Both the position numbers and the translations under genes were made by a program. DNA of 64,000 nucleotides from a bacterium (GTDB taxonomy: Bacteria > JAGOBX01 > DAONJL01), in NCBI GenBank assembly GCA_035405645.1, contig DAONJL010000011.1, positions 37-64,036 on the forward strand, read 5' to 3'. This document shows positions 1-9,690 of the stretch, piece by piece; position 1 is the stretch's first letter, and each line of letters starts with the position of its first letter. Under the pieces are notes generated by a model. It saw only the letters and a program-made list of their open reading frames with translations, was not told the origin of the DNA and did not search any database.

Positions 1-30
1 AAAGGGTATACCATGTCTGGAAACTTCCCG
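1..30. repeat. Left copy of a 30-bp terminal inverted repeat (aaagggtataccatgtctggaaacttcccg). Its inverted partner is at 63964-63993 with one mismatch.
   Basis: Reverse complement of 63964-63993 is aaagggtataccatgtctgtaaacttcccg, matching bases 1-30 at 29 of 30 positions. The arms lie at or within 7 nt of the window ends. Confidence 0.6.
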
Positions 31-295
31 AAAATAAAAAAAAATTATATAATTTCGAAATTTTATAAAAATATAGAACATTTTTTAAGACTTTAAAAGA
101 GTAGACTTTTATTTATTATTTGTATTTTGAATTGATTAGTTCTGATTTATTTTTAGAAAAAAAATTTATGTTAAGTTATTAAATATTTAAAAAATCTTTT
201 CAATCTTTTTCTTTTTGAATAAGTGAAAAAGTATTTGAAATATAGAAAATAATGCAAATAAATTTTTATTACCAGATAAATGAGAATAATTAATA

Positions 296-324
296 TTGAC
301 AGAAAAAATATTTCAATATAAAAT
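296..324 (+). promoter_or_regulatory. Sigma70-like promoter for ilvE: TTGACA (296-301), 17-nt spacer, TAAAAT (319-324).
   Basis: Consensus -35 and near-consensus -10 at correct spacing, about 30 nt upstream of the SD AAGGAGAAG (339-347) and ATG 353. The promoter lies inside the longer computed ORF (296..), which argues that 353 is the true start. Confidence 0.4.
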
Positions 325-352
325 AAAAGAAAAAAATAAAGGAGAAGAAATT

Positions 353-1231
353 ATGGGACTTCAAATTTATATTGATGGAAAATTTGTAGATGAAAGTGAA
401 GCAAAAATATCAGTATTTGATCATGGATTATTATATGGCGATGGTGTGTTTGAAGGAATTAGAGTATATGATAATGGAATATTTGAATTAGAAGCACATT
501 TAGAAAGGTTATATGATTCAGCAAAAGCAATAAATTTAAAAATAGAAATTCCATTTAATGAAATGATAGAATTACATTGTGAAGCGGTTCGTAGAAATAA
601 AATAAAAGATGGATATATACGAACAGTAATAACACGAGGTAAAGGTGATTTAGGGCTTGACCCACGAAAATGTCCAAAACCAACAATATTTATAATAGCA
701 GCAACAATAACATTATATCCACCTGAATTTTATGAAAAGGGATTAAAAATAATGACAGTTTCAACGCGGCGGAATAGACCAGATGTATTAAGCCCGCGAA
801 TAAAATCATTAAATTACTTGAATAATATAATAGCAAAAATAGAAGCAACAAATGCAGGATGTTTAGAAGCAATAATGTTAAATACAGAAGGATATGTTGC
901 AGAATGCACGGGTGATAATATTTTTTATTTAAAGAAAAATAAGATATATACACCACCAACATATTTAGGTGCACTTGAAGGTATAACGAGAAATTCAATA
1001 ATAAATATTTTGCATAATGGTGGTATAGATGTAATAGAAAAACCATTCACATTATATGAATTATATACAGCTGAAGAAGTATTTTTAACAGGCACAGCGG
1101 CTGAAGTAGTTCCAATTGTAGAAATTGATGCCCGTCAGATAGGAAATGGAAAGCCGGGAAAATTTACCAAACAAATAATTGCAAATTTTAAGGAATATGT
1201 AAAAAAACATAGTTATCCAGTATATAAGTAG
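353..1231 (+). CDS. ilvE: Branched-chain amino acid aminotransferase, PLP fold type IV
   Basis: About 293 aa with class IV aminotransferase motifs (GLLYGDGVFEGIRVY; TGTAAEVVPI). The start was moved to the Met preceded by a good SD. Confidence 0.8.
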   Translation: MGLQIYIDGKFVDESEAKISVFDHGLLYGDGVFEGIRVYDNGIFELEAHLERLYDSAKAINLKIEIPFNEMIELHCEAVRRNKIKDGYIRTVITRGKGDLGLDPRKCPKPTIFIIAATITLYPPEFYEKGLKIMTVSTRRNRPDVLSPRIKSLNYLNNIIAKIEATNAGCLEAIMLNTEGYVAECTGDNIFYLKKNKIYTPPTYLGALEGITRNSIINILHNGGIDVIEKPFTLYELYTAEEVFLTGTAAEVVPIVEIDARQIGNGKPGKFTKQIIANFKEYVKKHSYPVYK

Positions 1232-1290
1232 AAAAGTAAAAATAAGAAATAAGTAGAATCAAAAAATTTAATAGTAAGGAAGTGATAAAT

Positions 1291-1827
1291 ATGAAATGTA
1301 ATATTTGTAAAAAAGAAATAGCAACAATCCATTTGACAGAAATAATAAATAATAAAATCAAAGAAATACATGTTTGTGAGAAATGTGCAAAAGAAAAAGG
1401 AATAGAAACAGAAAAGATAAAAAGTTCATTAAATATGGCTGATTTATTCACAAGTTTAATACCTGATAAAATAAATAATAAAGGTGAGGAAGAAGTTCCT
1501 TCGTATGAAAAATTAAAATGCCAATTTTGTAATATGACTTTTTTAGAATTCAGGAGTCGAGGAAAATTTGGTTGTGCAAAATGTTATGAAACATTTAGAG
1601 AACATATAGCACCATTATTGAAGAGATTACAGGGAAGCATACAGCATACAGGAAAAGTGCCATTAAATATATCATCAAAAACGAAAGATAAATATCTTGA
1701 AATCAAGGAATTAAAAGAAAAATTAATGGAAGCAGTAAAAAATGAAGCTTATGAAGAAGCAGCGCGATTGCGTGATAAAATAAAAATATTAACATCAGGA
1801 GAAGTAGAAGAAAATGAATATAATTGA
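1291..1827 (+). CDS. mcsA: McsA, protein-arginine kinase activator (UvrB/UvrC-motif protein)
   Basis: Four CxxC zinc-finger pairs (CNICKK..CEKCAK..CQFCNM..CAKCYE) and a C-terminal UVR motif (YEEAARLRDKIK). SD AAGGAAG sits 8 nt upstream of ATG 1291, whereas the computed ORF starts at GTG 1282. The stop overlaps the mcsB start. Confidence 0.8.
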   Translation: MKCNICKKEIATIHLTEIINNKIKEIHVCEKCAKEKGIETEKIKSSLNMADLFTSLIPDKINNKGEEEVPSYEKLKCQFCNMTFLEFRSRGKFGCAKCYETFREHIAPLLKRLQGSIQHTGKVPLNISSKTKDKYLEIKELKEKLMEAVKNEAYEEAARLRDKIKILTSGEVEENEYN

Positions 1828-2860
1828 AGAATTAATTAAAACACCGGAAAAATGGCTAGATGGAAAAGGACCATATTCAGATATAGTAATAAGTAGTAGA
1901 ATAAGATTAGCACGTAATTTAGCAAATTTTCCATTTCCAAATCAAGCCACAAAAGAAGAGTTAAATAATATAAAAAATTTAGTAGAAACAAAGATAAAAA
2001 AAATTAAATCATTTAAAGATTTATTTGTGATTAAATTAAATGAAATAGAAGAGATAGATAAACACATTTTAATTGAACGACATTTGATGAGTCACGATAT
2101 GTTAGAAAAACCTGATGGCATGGTAATAGTAAATGAAGAAGAAGAAGTAAGTATATTGGTGAATGAAGAAGACCATTTAAGATTACAGGTATTAACATCA
2201 GGTTTGCAATTAAAAAAATGCTGGAAAATAATAAATGAATTAGATGATGCAATAGAAAAAGAGATGCAGTATGCCTTTTCATCAGAATATGGATATTTAA
2301 CTTCCTGTCCAACAAATGTAGGAACAGGACTTCGTGCATCAGTTTTAGTTCATTTACCAGGTTTAGTATTATCAAAACATATAAATCAAGTATTAAAAAG
2401 TTTGGCGAATATAGGAATTGCTGTGCGTGGTTATTATGGTGAAGGCACAGAAGTAATTGGGAATTTTTATCAAATATCAAATCAATTGACATTAGGAAAA
2501 GAAGAAAATACAATAATAGATGACCTTGAAAAGATAATAAAAAAAATAATAGAGAATGAGTTACAATCAAGAGAAATATTATATAATGAGTTAAAAATTG
2601 ATTTAGAAGACCAGATTTTTCGTGCTTATGGAATATTAAAAAATGCACGAATAATATCATCAAAAGAAGCAACAGAATTATTATCAACATTAAAATTAGG
2701 AATTGATTTAAAATTAATAAAAGATATAGAAACATCTGTATTAAATGAATTATTAATATTTACACAACCATCACATTTGCAAAAAAAGAAAAAAAAATTA
2801 ATGGAAGCAAAAGCAAGAGATATAGAACGCGCCCAAATAATACGACAGCGATTAGCTTAG
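1814..2860 (+). CDS. mcsB: McsB, protein arginine kinase (ATP:guanido phosphotransferase family)
   Basis: Phosphagen-kinase active-site signature CPTNVGTGLRASV. Position between mcsA and clpC fits the canonical operon order. Confidence 0.85.
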   Translation: MNIIEELIKTPEKWLDGKGPYSDIVISSRIRLARNLANFPFPNQATKEELNNIKNLVETKIKKIKSFKDLFVIKLNEIEEIDKHILIERHLMSHDMLEKPDGMVIVNEEEEVSILVNEEDHLRLQVLTSGLQLKKCWKIINELDDAIEKEMQYAFSSEYGYLTSCPTNVGTGLRASVLVHLPGLVLSKHINQVLKSLANIGIAVRGYYGEGTEVIGNFYQISNQLTLGKEENTIIDDLEKIIKKIIENELQSREILYNELKIDLEDQIFRAYGILKNARIISSKEATELLSTLKLGIDLKLIKDIETSVLNELLIFTQPSHLQKKKKKLMEAKARDIERAQIIRQRLA

Positions 2861-2905
2861 CCATTATTAGTTGAAGTAATCAAAGCAAAAAGAGGTGAAA
2901 TATAA

Positions 2906-5386
2906 ATGTTTGAAAATTTTACAAATAGAGCAAAATTAATATTAAAATATGCACGCGAAGAAGCAGTTGTACTCGGGCATAATGCTGTTGGAACAGAACA
3001 TTTATTATTGGGTTTATTGAAATTAAGAGAAGGCGTGGCTTATGAAGTATTATTAGAAATGGATATAACAGAAAAAGATATAAAAGATGAATTAAATCAT
3101 TTTATTTTACCGGGTAATAAAAATCAGAAGTTAAATCCAAATGAATTAGTATTAACACCACGGGCTAAAAGTGTATTACAATTAGCAGTAAATGCAGCAA
3201 AAAATTTGGGACATCCATTTATAGGCACAGAACATATATTACTTGCATTATTAGAAGAAGGTGAAGGTATAGCAGCGAGGGTATTAAATTCACTTGAAAT
3301 AAAACCAGAAATTTTATTAAAGAAAATATTAAGTAAATTAGAGAGTATGGGTGCAGGTGAATCTTTTGATGATAATAATCAAAATGAGCCACCATTTATT
3401 CATTCAACACCATTTCATCCATTTGTTCAAAAACCAATGCAACGGGGAAAAATATTAGAACGATTTGCAGTAAATTTAACACAACAAGCAATAGAAAAAA
3501 AATTAGAACCAATAATAGGAAGAGATAAAGAAATAACAACACTTAGCCAGATATTATTAAGGAAAACAAAGAATAACCCAATAATAATTGGAGAAGCGGG
3601 TGTAGGTAAAACAGCAGTAGTATATGGTTTAGCACAAAGAATTGCAAGTGGTGGAGTTCCTTCTGTATTAAGAAAAAAAGAAATTTTATTACTTGATATA
3701 GCAGGATTATTAGCAGGGACAAAATATAGAGGTGAATTTGAGCAGCGCATAAAATCAGTAATTGATGAAGCAAAGCAATCACAAAATATTATGTTATTTA
3801 TTGATGAGATACACACAATAATAGGAGCAGGTAGTGCAGAAGGGACACTTGATGCAGCACATATGTTAAAGCAACCATTATCGCAAGGTGAAATACAGGT
3901 TATTGGAGCAACAACGATAGATGAATATAGAAAATATATAGAAAAAGATAAAGCATTAATGCGCAGGTTTCAGGCAGTAACAATAGAAGAACCATCAGTT
4001 GATGAAACAATAGAAATATTAAAAGGCTTGCGTGAATCATTTGAAATGCATCATAAGATAAATATAAGTGATGAAGCAATAGAAACAGCAGTTAAATTAT
4101 CAAGTATATATTTAACAGATAGAAAATTACCAGATAAAGCAATAGATTTACTTGATGAAGCAGGTGCAAGAAAAAAGATAAGTATTCAAGAATTACCAGA
4201 TGAGTTAGCAAAGTTAGAAGAAGAATCGAAGAAATTAGATAATTTAAAAATGATGGCTGTAAAAAAACAGGATTTTGAAAATGCTGCCAAATATCGAGAT
4301 GAACAACAGATAATATTAAAGAAGATACAAAATTTTAAGAATAAATTAGAGGTGAATTCAAATAAAGAAAATAAAATAACAGATATAGATGTAGCAGCAG
4401 TTATTTCTGATTGGACTGGAATACCACTAAATAAATTAAATGAAAAAGAATCATATAAATTATTAAATTTAGAAAGAGAATTACATCGAAGAGTAATAGC
4501 CCAAAACGAAGCAATAGAAATAATATCAAAATGTATAAGACGTTCAAGAACAGGCTTAAAAAGCGCCAAAAAACCAATTGGTTCGTTTATTTTTTTAGGA
4601 CCAACAGGTGTAGGTAAAACAGAATTAGCAAGAGCATTAGCAGAAACATTATTTGGCAGCGAAGAAGCATTAATAAGAATTGATATGTCAGAATTTATGG
4701 AAAAATTCAGTGTTTCAAGATTAATAGGTGCTCCACCAGGTTATGTTGGTTATCAGGAAGGCGGAGAATTAACAGAGAAAGTGCGTAGAAAACCATATTC
4801 AGTTGTTTTGTTTGATGAAATAGAAAAAGCACATCCTGATATTTTTAATATTCTTTTACAGGTTCTTGATGAAGGTCAATTAAGTGATAATTTAGGACAT
4901 AAAGTAAATTTTAAAAATACAATTATTATTATGACATCAAATATAGGAGCAAAAGAGATTGTGAAGGATAAAAGTTTTGGTTTTGCAGTAATGGATAAAG
5001 AAGCAAGTTATGAAGATATGAAAAAGAAAGTTCTTGCAGAAGTTAAAAAAGTCTTTAGACCAGAATTTTTAAATAGAATAGATGAAACGATTGTTTTTCA
5101 TCCTTTATCCAGAGAAAATTTAATTGAAATAATTGATATAATGTTAAGAGAAATCCATAAAACAATAGAAGAGAAAGAGATGTTTTTAATTGTATCAGAA
5201 GAAGCAAAACAATTTTTAATTGATAAAGGTTATGATGAGAAATATGGAGCAAGACCATTAAGAAGGGCAATACAGAAATATATTGAAGACCCACTTTCAA
5301 TGGAACTACTTGAGAATACATTTAAACCAGGCGATAAAATTAATACAAAAGTTGAGAATGATAAGATAATATTTATTAAAGGATAA
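2906..5386 (+). CDS. clpC: ATP-dependent Clp protease ATP-binding subunit ClpC
   Basis: Two N-terminal Clp_N repeats, two AAA+ modules (GEAGVGKTAVV; GPTGVGKTELA), a middle-domain UVR motif (QDFENAAKYRDEQ), and 826 aa length. Confidence 0.9.
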   Translation: MFENFTNRAKLILKYAREEAVVLGHNAVGTEHLLLGLLKLREGVAYEVLLEMDITEKDIKDELNHFILPGNKNQKLNPNELVLTPRAKSVLQLAVNAAKNLGHPFIGTEHILLALLEEGEGIAARVLNSLEIKPEILLKKILSKLESMGAGESFDDNNQNEPPFIHSTPFHPFVQKPMQRGKILERFAVNLTQQAIEKKLEPIIGRDKEITTLSQILLRKTKNNPIIIGEAGVGKTAVVYGLAQRIASGGVPSVLRKKEILLLDIAGLLAGTKYRGEFEQRIKSVIDEAKQSQNIMLFIDEIHTIIGAGSAEGTLDAAHMLKQPLSQGEIQVIGATTIDEYRKYIEKDKALMRRFQAVTIEEPSVDETIEILKGLRESFEMHHKINISDEAIETAVKLSSIYLTDRKLPDKAIDLLDEAGARKKISIQELPDELAKLEEESKKLDNLKMMAVKKQDFENAAKYRDEQQIILKKIQNFKNKLEVNSNKENKITDIDVAAVISDWTGIPLNKLNEKESYKLLNLERELHRRVIAQNEAIEIISKCIRRSRTGLKSAKKPIGSFIFLGPTGVGKTELARALAETLFGSEEALIRIDMSEFMEKFSVSRLIGAPPGYVGYQEGGELTEKVRRKPYSVVLFDEIEKAHPDIFNILLQVLDEGQLSDNLGHKVNFKNTIIIMTSNIGAKEIVKDKSFGFAVMDKEASYEDMKKKVLAEVKKVFRPEFLNRIDETIVFHPLSRENLIEIIDIMLREIHKTIEEKEMFLIVSEEAKQFLIDKGYDEKYGARPLRRAIQKYIEDPLSMELLENTFKPGDKINTKVENDKIIFIKG

Positions 5387-5392
5387 TAAAAT

Positions 5393-5977
5393 ATGCGAGC
5401 AGCAGAAATAGCAAGAAAAACGAATGAAACAGATATAAGAGTAAAAATAAACCTTGATGGAACAGGGAAATATAAAATATCAACACCAAATCATTTTTTA
5501 AATCATATGCTCGAATTATTTTCAAAGCATAGTTTTATTGACCTTGAAATAATTGCAACAGGTGATGTAAATATTGATTTTCATCATACTGTTGAAGATA
5601 TTGGGATATGTTTAGGACAGGCATTTAATCATGCGCTTGGAACAAAAGAAAAAATAAATCGATATGGATTTTTTATTTTACCAATGGATGAAAGTTTAGC
5701 ATGTGTTGCTATTGATATTTGTAATCGTTCGCATTTTTCTTTAACAGGTAATTTTTCTTCTTTTGAAACAGGTGATTTTGATATTGAATTATTAAAAGAG
5801 TTTTTACAGAAATTTACTGATAATTCAAAAATAACTTTACATATTGATTTATTAAAGAGTTCAAATTTACATCATTCAATAGAAGCAATATTTAAATGCA
5901 TGGCAAAAGCAATAAATATGGCAATTTCAATAAATCCAAAAATAGAAAGAGCAATGAGCACGAAAGGAGTATTATGA
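5393..5977 (+). CDS. hisB: Imidazoleglycerol-phosphate dehydratase
   Basis: IGPD-family sequence pattern over the full 194 aa (TPNHFLNHMLELFSKHSFIDLEI..DFHHTVEDIGICLGQA). Stop overlaps the hisH start in ATGA. Confidence 0.85.
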   Translation: MRAAEIARKTNETDIRVKINLDGTGKYKISTPNHFLNHMLELFSKHSFIDLEIIATGDVNIDFHHTVEDIGICLGQAFNHALGTKEKINRYGFFILPMDESLACVAIDICNRSHFSLTGNFSSFETGDFDIELLKEFLQKFTDNSKITLHIDLLKSSNLHHSIEAIFKCMAKAINMAISINPKIERAMSTKGVL

Positions 5978-6594
5978 TAGCAATAGTAAATTATGGAATA
6001 GGAAATGTTAATAGTGTAATTAAAGCATTTCAATTATTTTCAAATGAAATTGAATTCACTGATGATCCAGAAAAAATAAGGAAATCAAAAGCAATAGTAT
6101 TACCTGGCGTGAGTTCATTTGGTGCTGCTATGGAAGAATTAGAAAAGAGGAATTTAGTCCAGTTATTAAAAGATGAGATAGAAAAAGGCAAAATATTTTT
6201 TGGAATATGTGTTGGTATTCAATTACTTTTTGAAGAAAGTGAAGAAACACCGGGTATCAAAGGATTATCAATATTTAAAGGTAAAGTAAAAAAATTTGAA
6301 GATACATATTATTCAGTTCCACAAATTGGTTGGAATCAAATTTCAATAATTAAAAGAGATAATCCAATTTTGAAAAATATAAATAATGATTATTTTTATT
6401 TTGTGCATTCATATTATGTTGAACCAGAAGATAAAGAAATAATAGCATCAACAACTGATTATGGAGTAGTTTATCCTTCAACAATCTGGCATAAAAATAT
6501 TTTTGCAGTACAATTTCATCCTGAAAAAAGCCAGAATATAGGTTTGAAATTATTAAAAAATTTTGTTCAATTTGTTTATAATAATAATGGTTGA
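5974..6594 (+). CDS. hisH: Imidazole glycerol phosphate synthase, glutamine amidotransferase subunit
   Basis: Class I glutamine amidotransferase (MIAIVNYGIGN..GICVGIQLLFE..FAVQFHPEKS). The start was moved to ATG 5974, which has SD AAAGGAG and sits just after the hisB stop. Confidence 0.8.
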   Translation: MIAIVNYGIGNVNSVIKAFQLFSNEIEFTDDPEKIRKSKAIVLPGVSSFGAAMEELEKRNLVQLLKDEIEKGKIFFGICVGIQLLFEESEETPGIKGLSIFKGKVKKFEDTYYSVPQIGWNQISIIKRDNPILKNINNDYFYFVHSYYVEPEDKEIIASTTDYGVVYPSTIWHKNIFAVQFHPEKSQNIGLKLLKNFVQFVYNNNG

Positions 6595-7294
6595 ATATTT
6601 AAGAAAAGAGATAAATGATTATTTAAAGAAGAATCAAAATAAATCAGCAATAGAAAAATTAAAAAAGATAATTAATTTAAGAATAAACACTCCATATAAA
6701 AATTTCCCTTTTAAAAATGAAAAAGAAGGAGAAATTCCATTTTTCCCATTAGCATATTCTGATTGCACATCTTTTGTTTTGACTTCAATAGCACTTGCTT
6801 TATCTAATAATATTCAAGAAGCAAAACAGAATATAATCAAAATTCATTATAAAGAAAACAAAGTAAATTATGAAAATAGATTTCATTTTACAGAAGAGCG
6901 AATAATAAAATCAAAATATTTTAAAAATATTACAAATAGAATTTTTAAAGTATATGATGAAATTTCATTAGTATTAAATAAAAGAGATAATGGTTCGCGA
7001 TTAATTGATATTAATTTTAAAAAAAGAGTCAAAATATTTTATGTATCAAAATTTGAATTTTTAAAAAATAAAAATTTAATAAATGAAGGATTAGTAAATA
7101 TAGCATTTGGAAAATTAAGGAATATAAAAAATGGGCATTTTATATCACACGAAGGTTTTTTATTAGAAAACAAATATTTGATTCATTCATCAAAAGAGCA
7201 AGGAAAAGTAGTAAAAATTGATATAGAAAAATATTTAGAAGAAAAAGAATTTGATGGAATCATAATAATTAAATTAAATCTTGACATAGATTAA
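6587..7294 (+). CDS. Hypothetical protein in the position where hisA/hisF would be expected
   Basis: ORF overlapping the hisH stop by 8 nt. It shows no recognisable HisA/HisF (beta/alpha)8 motifs. K/N-rich. Confidence 0.4.
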   Translation: MVEYLRKEINDYLKKNQNKSAIEKLKKIINLRINTPYKNFPFKNEKEGEIPFFPLAYSDCTSFVLTSIALALSNNIQEAKQNIIKIHYKENKVNYENRFHFTEERIIKSKYFKNITNRIFKVYDEISLVLNKRDNGSRLIDINFKKRVKIFYVSKFEFLKNKNLINEGLVNIAFGKLRNIKNGHFISHEGFLLENKYLIHSSKEQGKVVKIDIEKYLEEKEFDGIIIIKLNLDID

Positions 7295-7320
7295 ATTATA
7301 AGTTTTAATTTTATAAAAAA

Positions 7321-7578
7321 TTAAAATTTTTCATTTGTAGCTGGTTTTGGATTTTCAAAACCTTGTTCAATAGTTATAGGACTTAATGGTGCTTTGATAC
7401 CAGTTTTTGGAACAAAGAAAAATATAAGTATTATAAGAACAATAGTAATATAGATTATATATTTTATTGGATGTGGATTTTTAATATACCATATAATTTT
7501 TGGTAATTGATATTTATTATATAATTTTATATACAATTCAGGATATTTTTTTTTGATGAATTTTAAAATTAAATTCAT
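7321..7578 (-). CDS. Hypothetical small membrane protein (doubtful)
   Basis: 85-aa ORF with one hydrophobic helix. Its start overlaps the divergent ORF 7553.. and it has no convincing SD. Confidence 0.2.
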   Translation of the reverse strand: MNLILKFIKKKYPELYIKLYNKYQLPKIIWYIKNPHPIKYIIYITIVLIILIFFFVPKTGIKAPLSPITIEQGFENPKPATNEKF

Positions 7579-8131
7579 AATAAATATTTTAATAATAATT
7601 AAAAAATTGTCAAGATTATTGTTTTGTTATTTTGTTTTGTTTTTAGCATTAAATTTATTCGCATCAGAAAATCAGATAAGGCAATTAAAAGAAAAAGCAG
7701 AGAAATTAGAAAGCGAAGGAAAATATTTTGAAGCATTAAAGATAAATGAGCAAATTCTTGAAATAATAAGAAAAGGGGAAATTGAAAATAAACAGAAAGA
7801 AATTCGAGTTCCAGAGAAAGTTGAACCAAAAAAGACAGAAGAAAAAAAAATAGAGAAAAGAGTAAAAGAAGAGAAAATAATAATTACCGATAGCAAAGAA
7901 AAAAAAGAGCGAGAAAAACCATTATTTGCAGTTGGTGATTATGTTCGTTTATTACAAAATACAATATTGCGTGATAAAGATAATCGAATAATAAAAGTAT
8001 TAAGTAAAAATACAATAATAATAATAATAGAAATAACAGAAGCAAAAATTAAAATACAGAAATTTGATTTAACAGGTTATATTGCAAAAGAAGATTTTAT
8101 TATAGAGAAAGTAACAATAAAAGATGAATGA
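7553..8131 (+). CDS. Secreted coiled-coil protein with a C-terminal SH3b-like domain
   Basis: N-terminal signal peptide (..LFLALNLFASEN), K/E-rich coiled coil, and a C-terminal GDYVRLLQNTILRDKDNRIIKVL..GYIAKEDFI stretch resembling bacterial SH3_3. First gene of an overlapping operon. Confidence 0.4.
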   Translation: MMNFKIKFIINILIIIKKLSRLLFCYFVLFLALNLFASENQIRQLKEKAEKLESEGKYFEALKINEQILEIIRKGEIENKQKEIRVPEKVEPKKTEEKKIEKRVKEEKIIITDSKEKKEREKPLFAVGDYVRLLQNTILRDKDNRIIKVLSKNTIIIIIEITEAKIKIQKFDLTGYIAKEDFIIEKVTIKDE

Positions 8132-8366
8132 AGATTTATTAAAAGGAAGTCATCCAATAGTGATAGAAGCAGTGAGAAATAAAAATAAAGTTGCAATTGG
8201 GATAGTAAATACAAAAAAATTAAAAAGCAGAGAAAGTGAATTTGTTTATTCTTTTTTAAGAAAAAATCCAGAATATATTTTTTATGATGTTGAGAGAAAA
8301 GAATTTGAGAATAAATATATTTTTATAAAACCATATACAGATGAAGAAATAATAATAATTGATTAA
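8124..8366 (+). CDS. Hypothetical protein
   Basis: 80-aa ORF overlapping the upstream gene by 8 nt, which suggests translational coupling. No recognised motif. Confidence 0.35.
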   Translation: MNEDLLKGSHPIVIEAVRNKNKVAIGIVNTKKLKSRESEFVYSFLRKNPEYIFYDVERKEFENKYIFIKPYTDEEIIIID

Positions 8367-8381
8367 AATGGAGATTATTAT

Positions 8382-8780
8382 ATGGAGGAAAAGAAAAAAA
8401 TTTTAATTATTGATGATGATGATGATTTTAGAAAAATATTAAATAATTATTTAATAAGTTTAGGATATGAAACTTATGAAGCAGAGAATGGTCTTGAAGG
8501 TTTTTATACAATGAGAAAAAAAGGTATATTACCAGATTTAATTATTTTAGATATAATAATGGAAGAATTAGATGGCATAGAAACATATAATATAATAAAA
8601 GAGAGTGAAGAAATAAATGAGATACCAATTTTATTTGTATCAGGAACTGAAATTTATCATAAATTTAAAGAAAAAACAGGATTTAAAAATATAAATTTTA
8701 TGGCTAAACCAATTCAATTTACAATATTAAAAAGTTTACTGGAAAAAATATTAAATAAGAAGAGTAAAAAAAGAAAATGA
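8382..8780 (+). CDS. Single-domain response regulator (CheY-like receiver)
   Basis: Acidic pocket IIDDDDD, phospho-acceptor motif LIILDIIMEELDG, and conserved T/S (FVSG) and K (MAKP). No output domain. Confidence 0.7.
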   Translation: MEEKKKILIIDDDDDFRKILNNYLISLGYETYEAENGLEGFYTMRKKGILPDLIILDIIMEELDGIETYNIIKESEEINEIPILFVSGTEIYHKFKEKTGFKNINFMAKPIQFTILKSLLEKILNKKSKKRK

Positions 8781-9109
8781 AAATAAAAGACGAATATCAA
8801 AAAGAATTTGATATACCAGAAAAAATAGGATTAAATATATATAAAGAAGAATTCAAAAATTTAAAATTACCTTTTTGTATTGGTGAATATCCATCCCAAA
8901 TCGAAATAAAATTTAATAAAAAGAAAAAAGAAGAAATAAGTGAAGAAGAATATAGAAAAGAAATAAAAAAAGAAGTAAATAGAATTTATAAATGCCTTAT
9001 GAAATGCACTTTCAGAAATAAATGCCTTTTAATTTCGTTACTTGATGGTTTAAGAAATTATTCAGAGAATAATAAAGTAAGTGAAAGTGCCCAAGAAAAT
9101 AAAGAATGA
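8777..9109 (+). CDS. Hypothetical protein
   Basis: 110-aa ORF with ATGA overlaps to both neighbours. Confidence 0.35.
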   Translation: MKIKDEYQKEFDIPEKIGLNIYKEEFKNLKLPFCIGEYPSQIEIKFNKKKKEEISEEEYRKEIKKEVNRIYKCLMKCTFRNKCLLISLLDGLRNYSENNKVSESAQENKE

Positions 9110-9690
9110 AGAAATTTATTTCCAGCAGATTTTCATCTATTTTTAAAACTAATTCTGCCTTTACTTTAAGTGAACTAATAATCGTTATTTTTATTATCGC
9201 TTTATTATCAAGTATTTTATTTATTTCATTTGATTTAATAAAAGAAAAATTAAGTTATATAAATGAAGAATCAGAAAAAATCAAAAAAATAGATAGTTTT
9301 CTTAATTTTATTAATTTAAGTTTAAAGTATTTATATATAAATAAAGAAACTGGGAAATTTTTTTTATATACTAAAAATATTGATAGTTTAAATAATAGAA
9401 AAGATATACTTAATTTTTATTCAACTTATCCAGCAGGATTGTTAAAAAATTTTGAAATAAAATTTGAAGATGAGAATATGGTTATTTTTAATAAGACTGA
9501 TAATGATACTTATTTGAATATTAATGAAATTGAACAATTTGAAATAAATTTTTTTTACAATGATAAAAATCTTTTATTGAATAATATAAATGAAGAGAAT
9601 CAAATATTTGATTTTAATACAATAAAAATTAAAATAATTCTAAAAAAAGAAGAATATAACATAAAGATAAAACCATTTATTTTAAATTGA
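9106..9690 (+). CDS. Prepilin-type N-terminal cleavage/methylation domain protein (pseudopilin / minor pilin-like)
   Basis: Basic leader MKKFISSRFSSIFKTNSA, then FTLSELIIVIFIIALLSSILF. This gives F+1, E+5 and a 20-residue hydrophobic helix, i.e. a class III signal, with Ala rather than Gly at -1. Confidence 0.55.
   Translation: MKKFISSRFSSIFKTNSAFTLSELIIVIFIIALLSSILFISFDLIKEKLSYINEESEKIKKIDSFLNFINLSLKYLYINKETGKFFLYTKNIDSLNNRKDILNFYSTYPAGLLKNFEIKFEDENMVIFNKTDNDTYLNINEIEQFEINFFYNDKNLLLNNINEENQIFDFNTIKIKIILKKEEYNIKIKPFILN

Noticed and set aside
1232-1290. Looked for a CtsR operator (tandem GGTCAAA heptads) upstream of mcsA
   Set aside because: No GGTCAAA-like heptads are present, and no ctsR gene precedes mcsA. 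CtsR-type regulation is not supported by this sequence.
7321-7578. 85-aa minus-strand ORF annotated in the ORF track
   Set aside because: It is kept only as a very low-confidence feature. Its start overlaps the divergent, better-supported 7553.. gene and it has no SD. It could equally be non-coding promoter space for the downstream operon.
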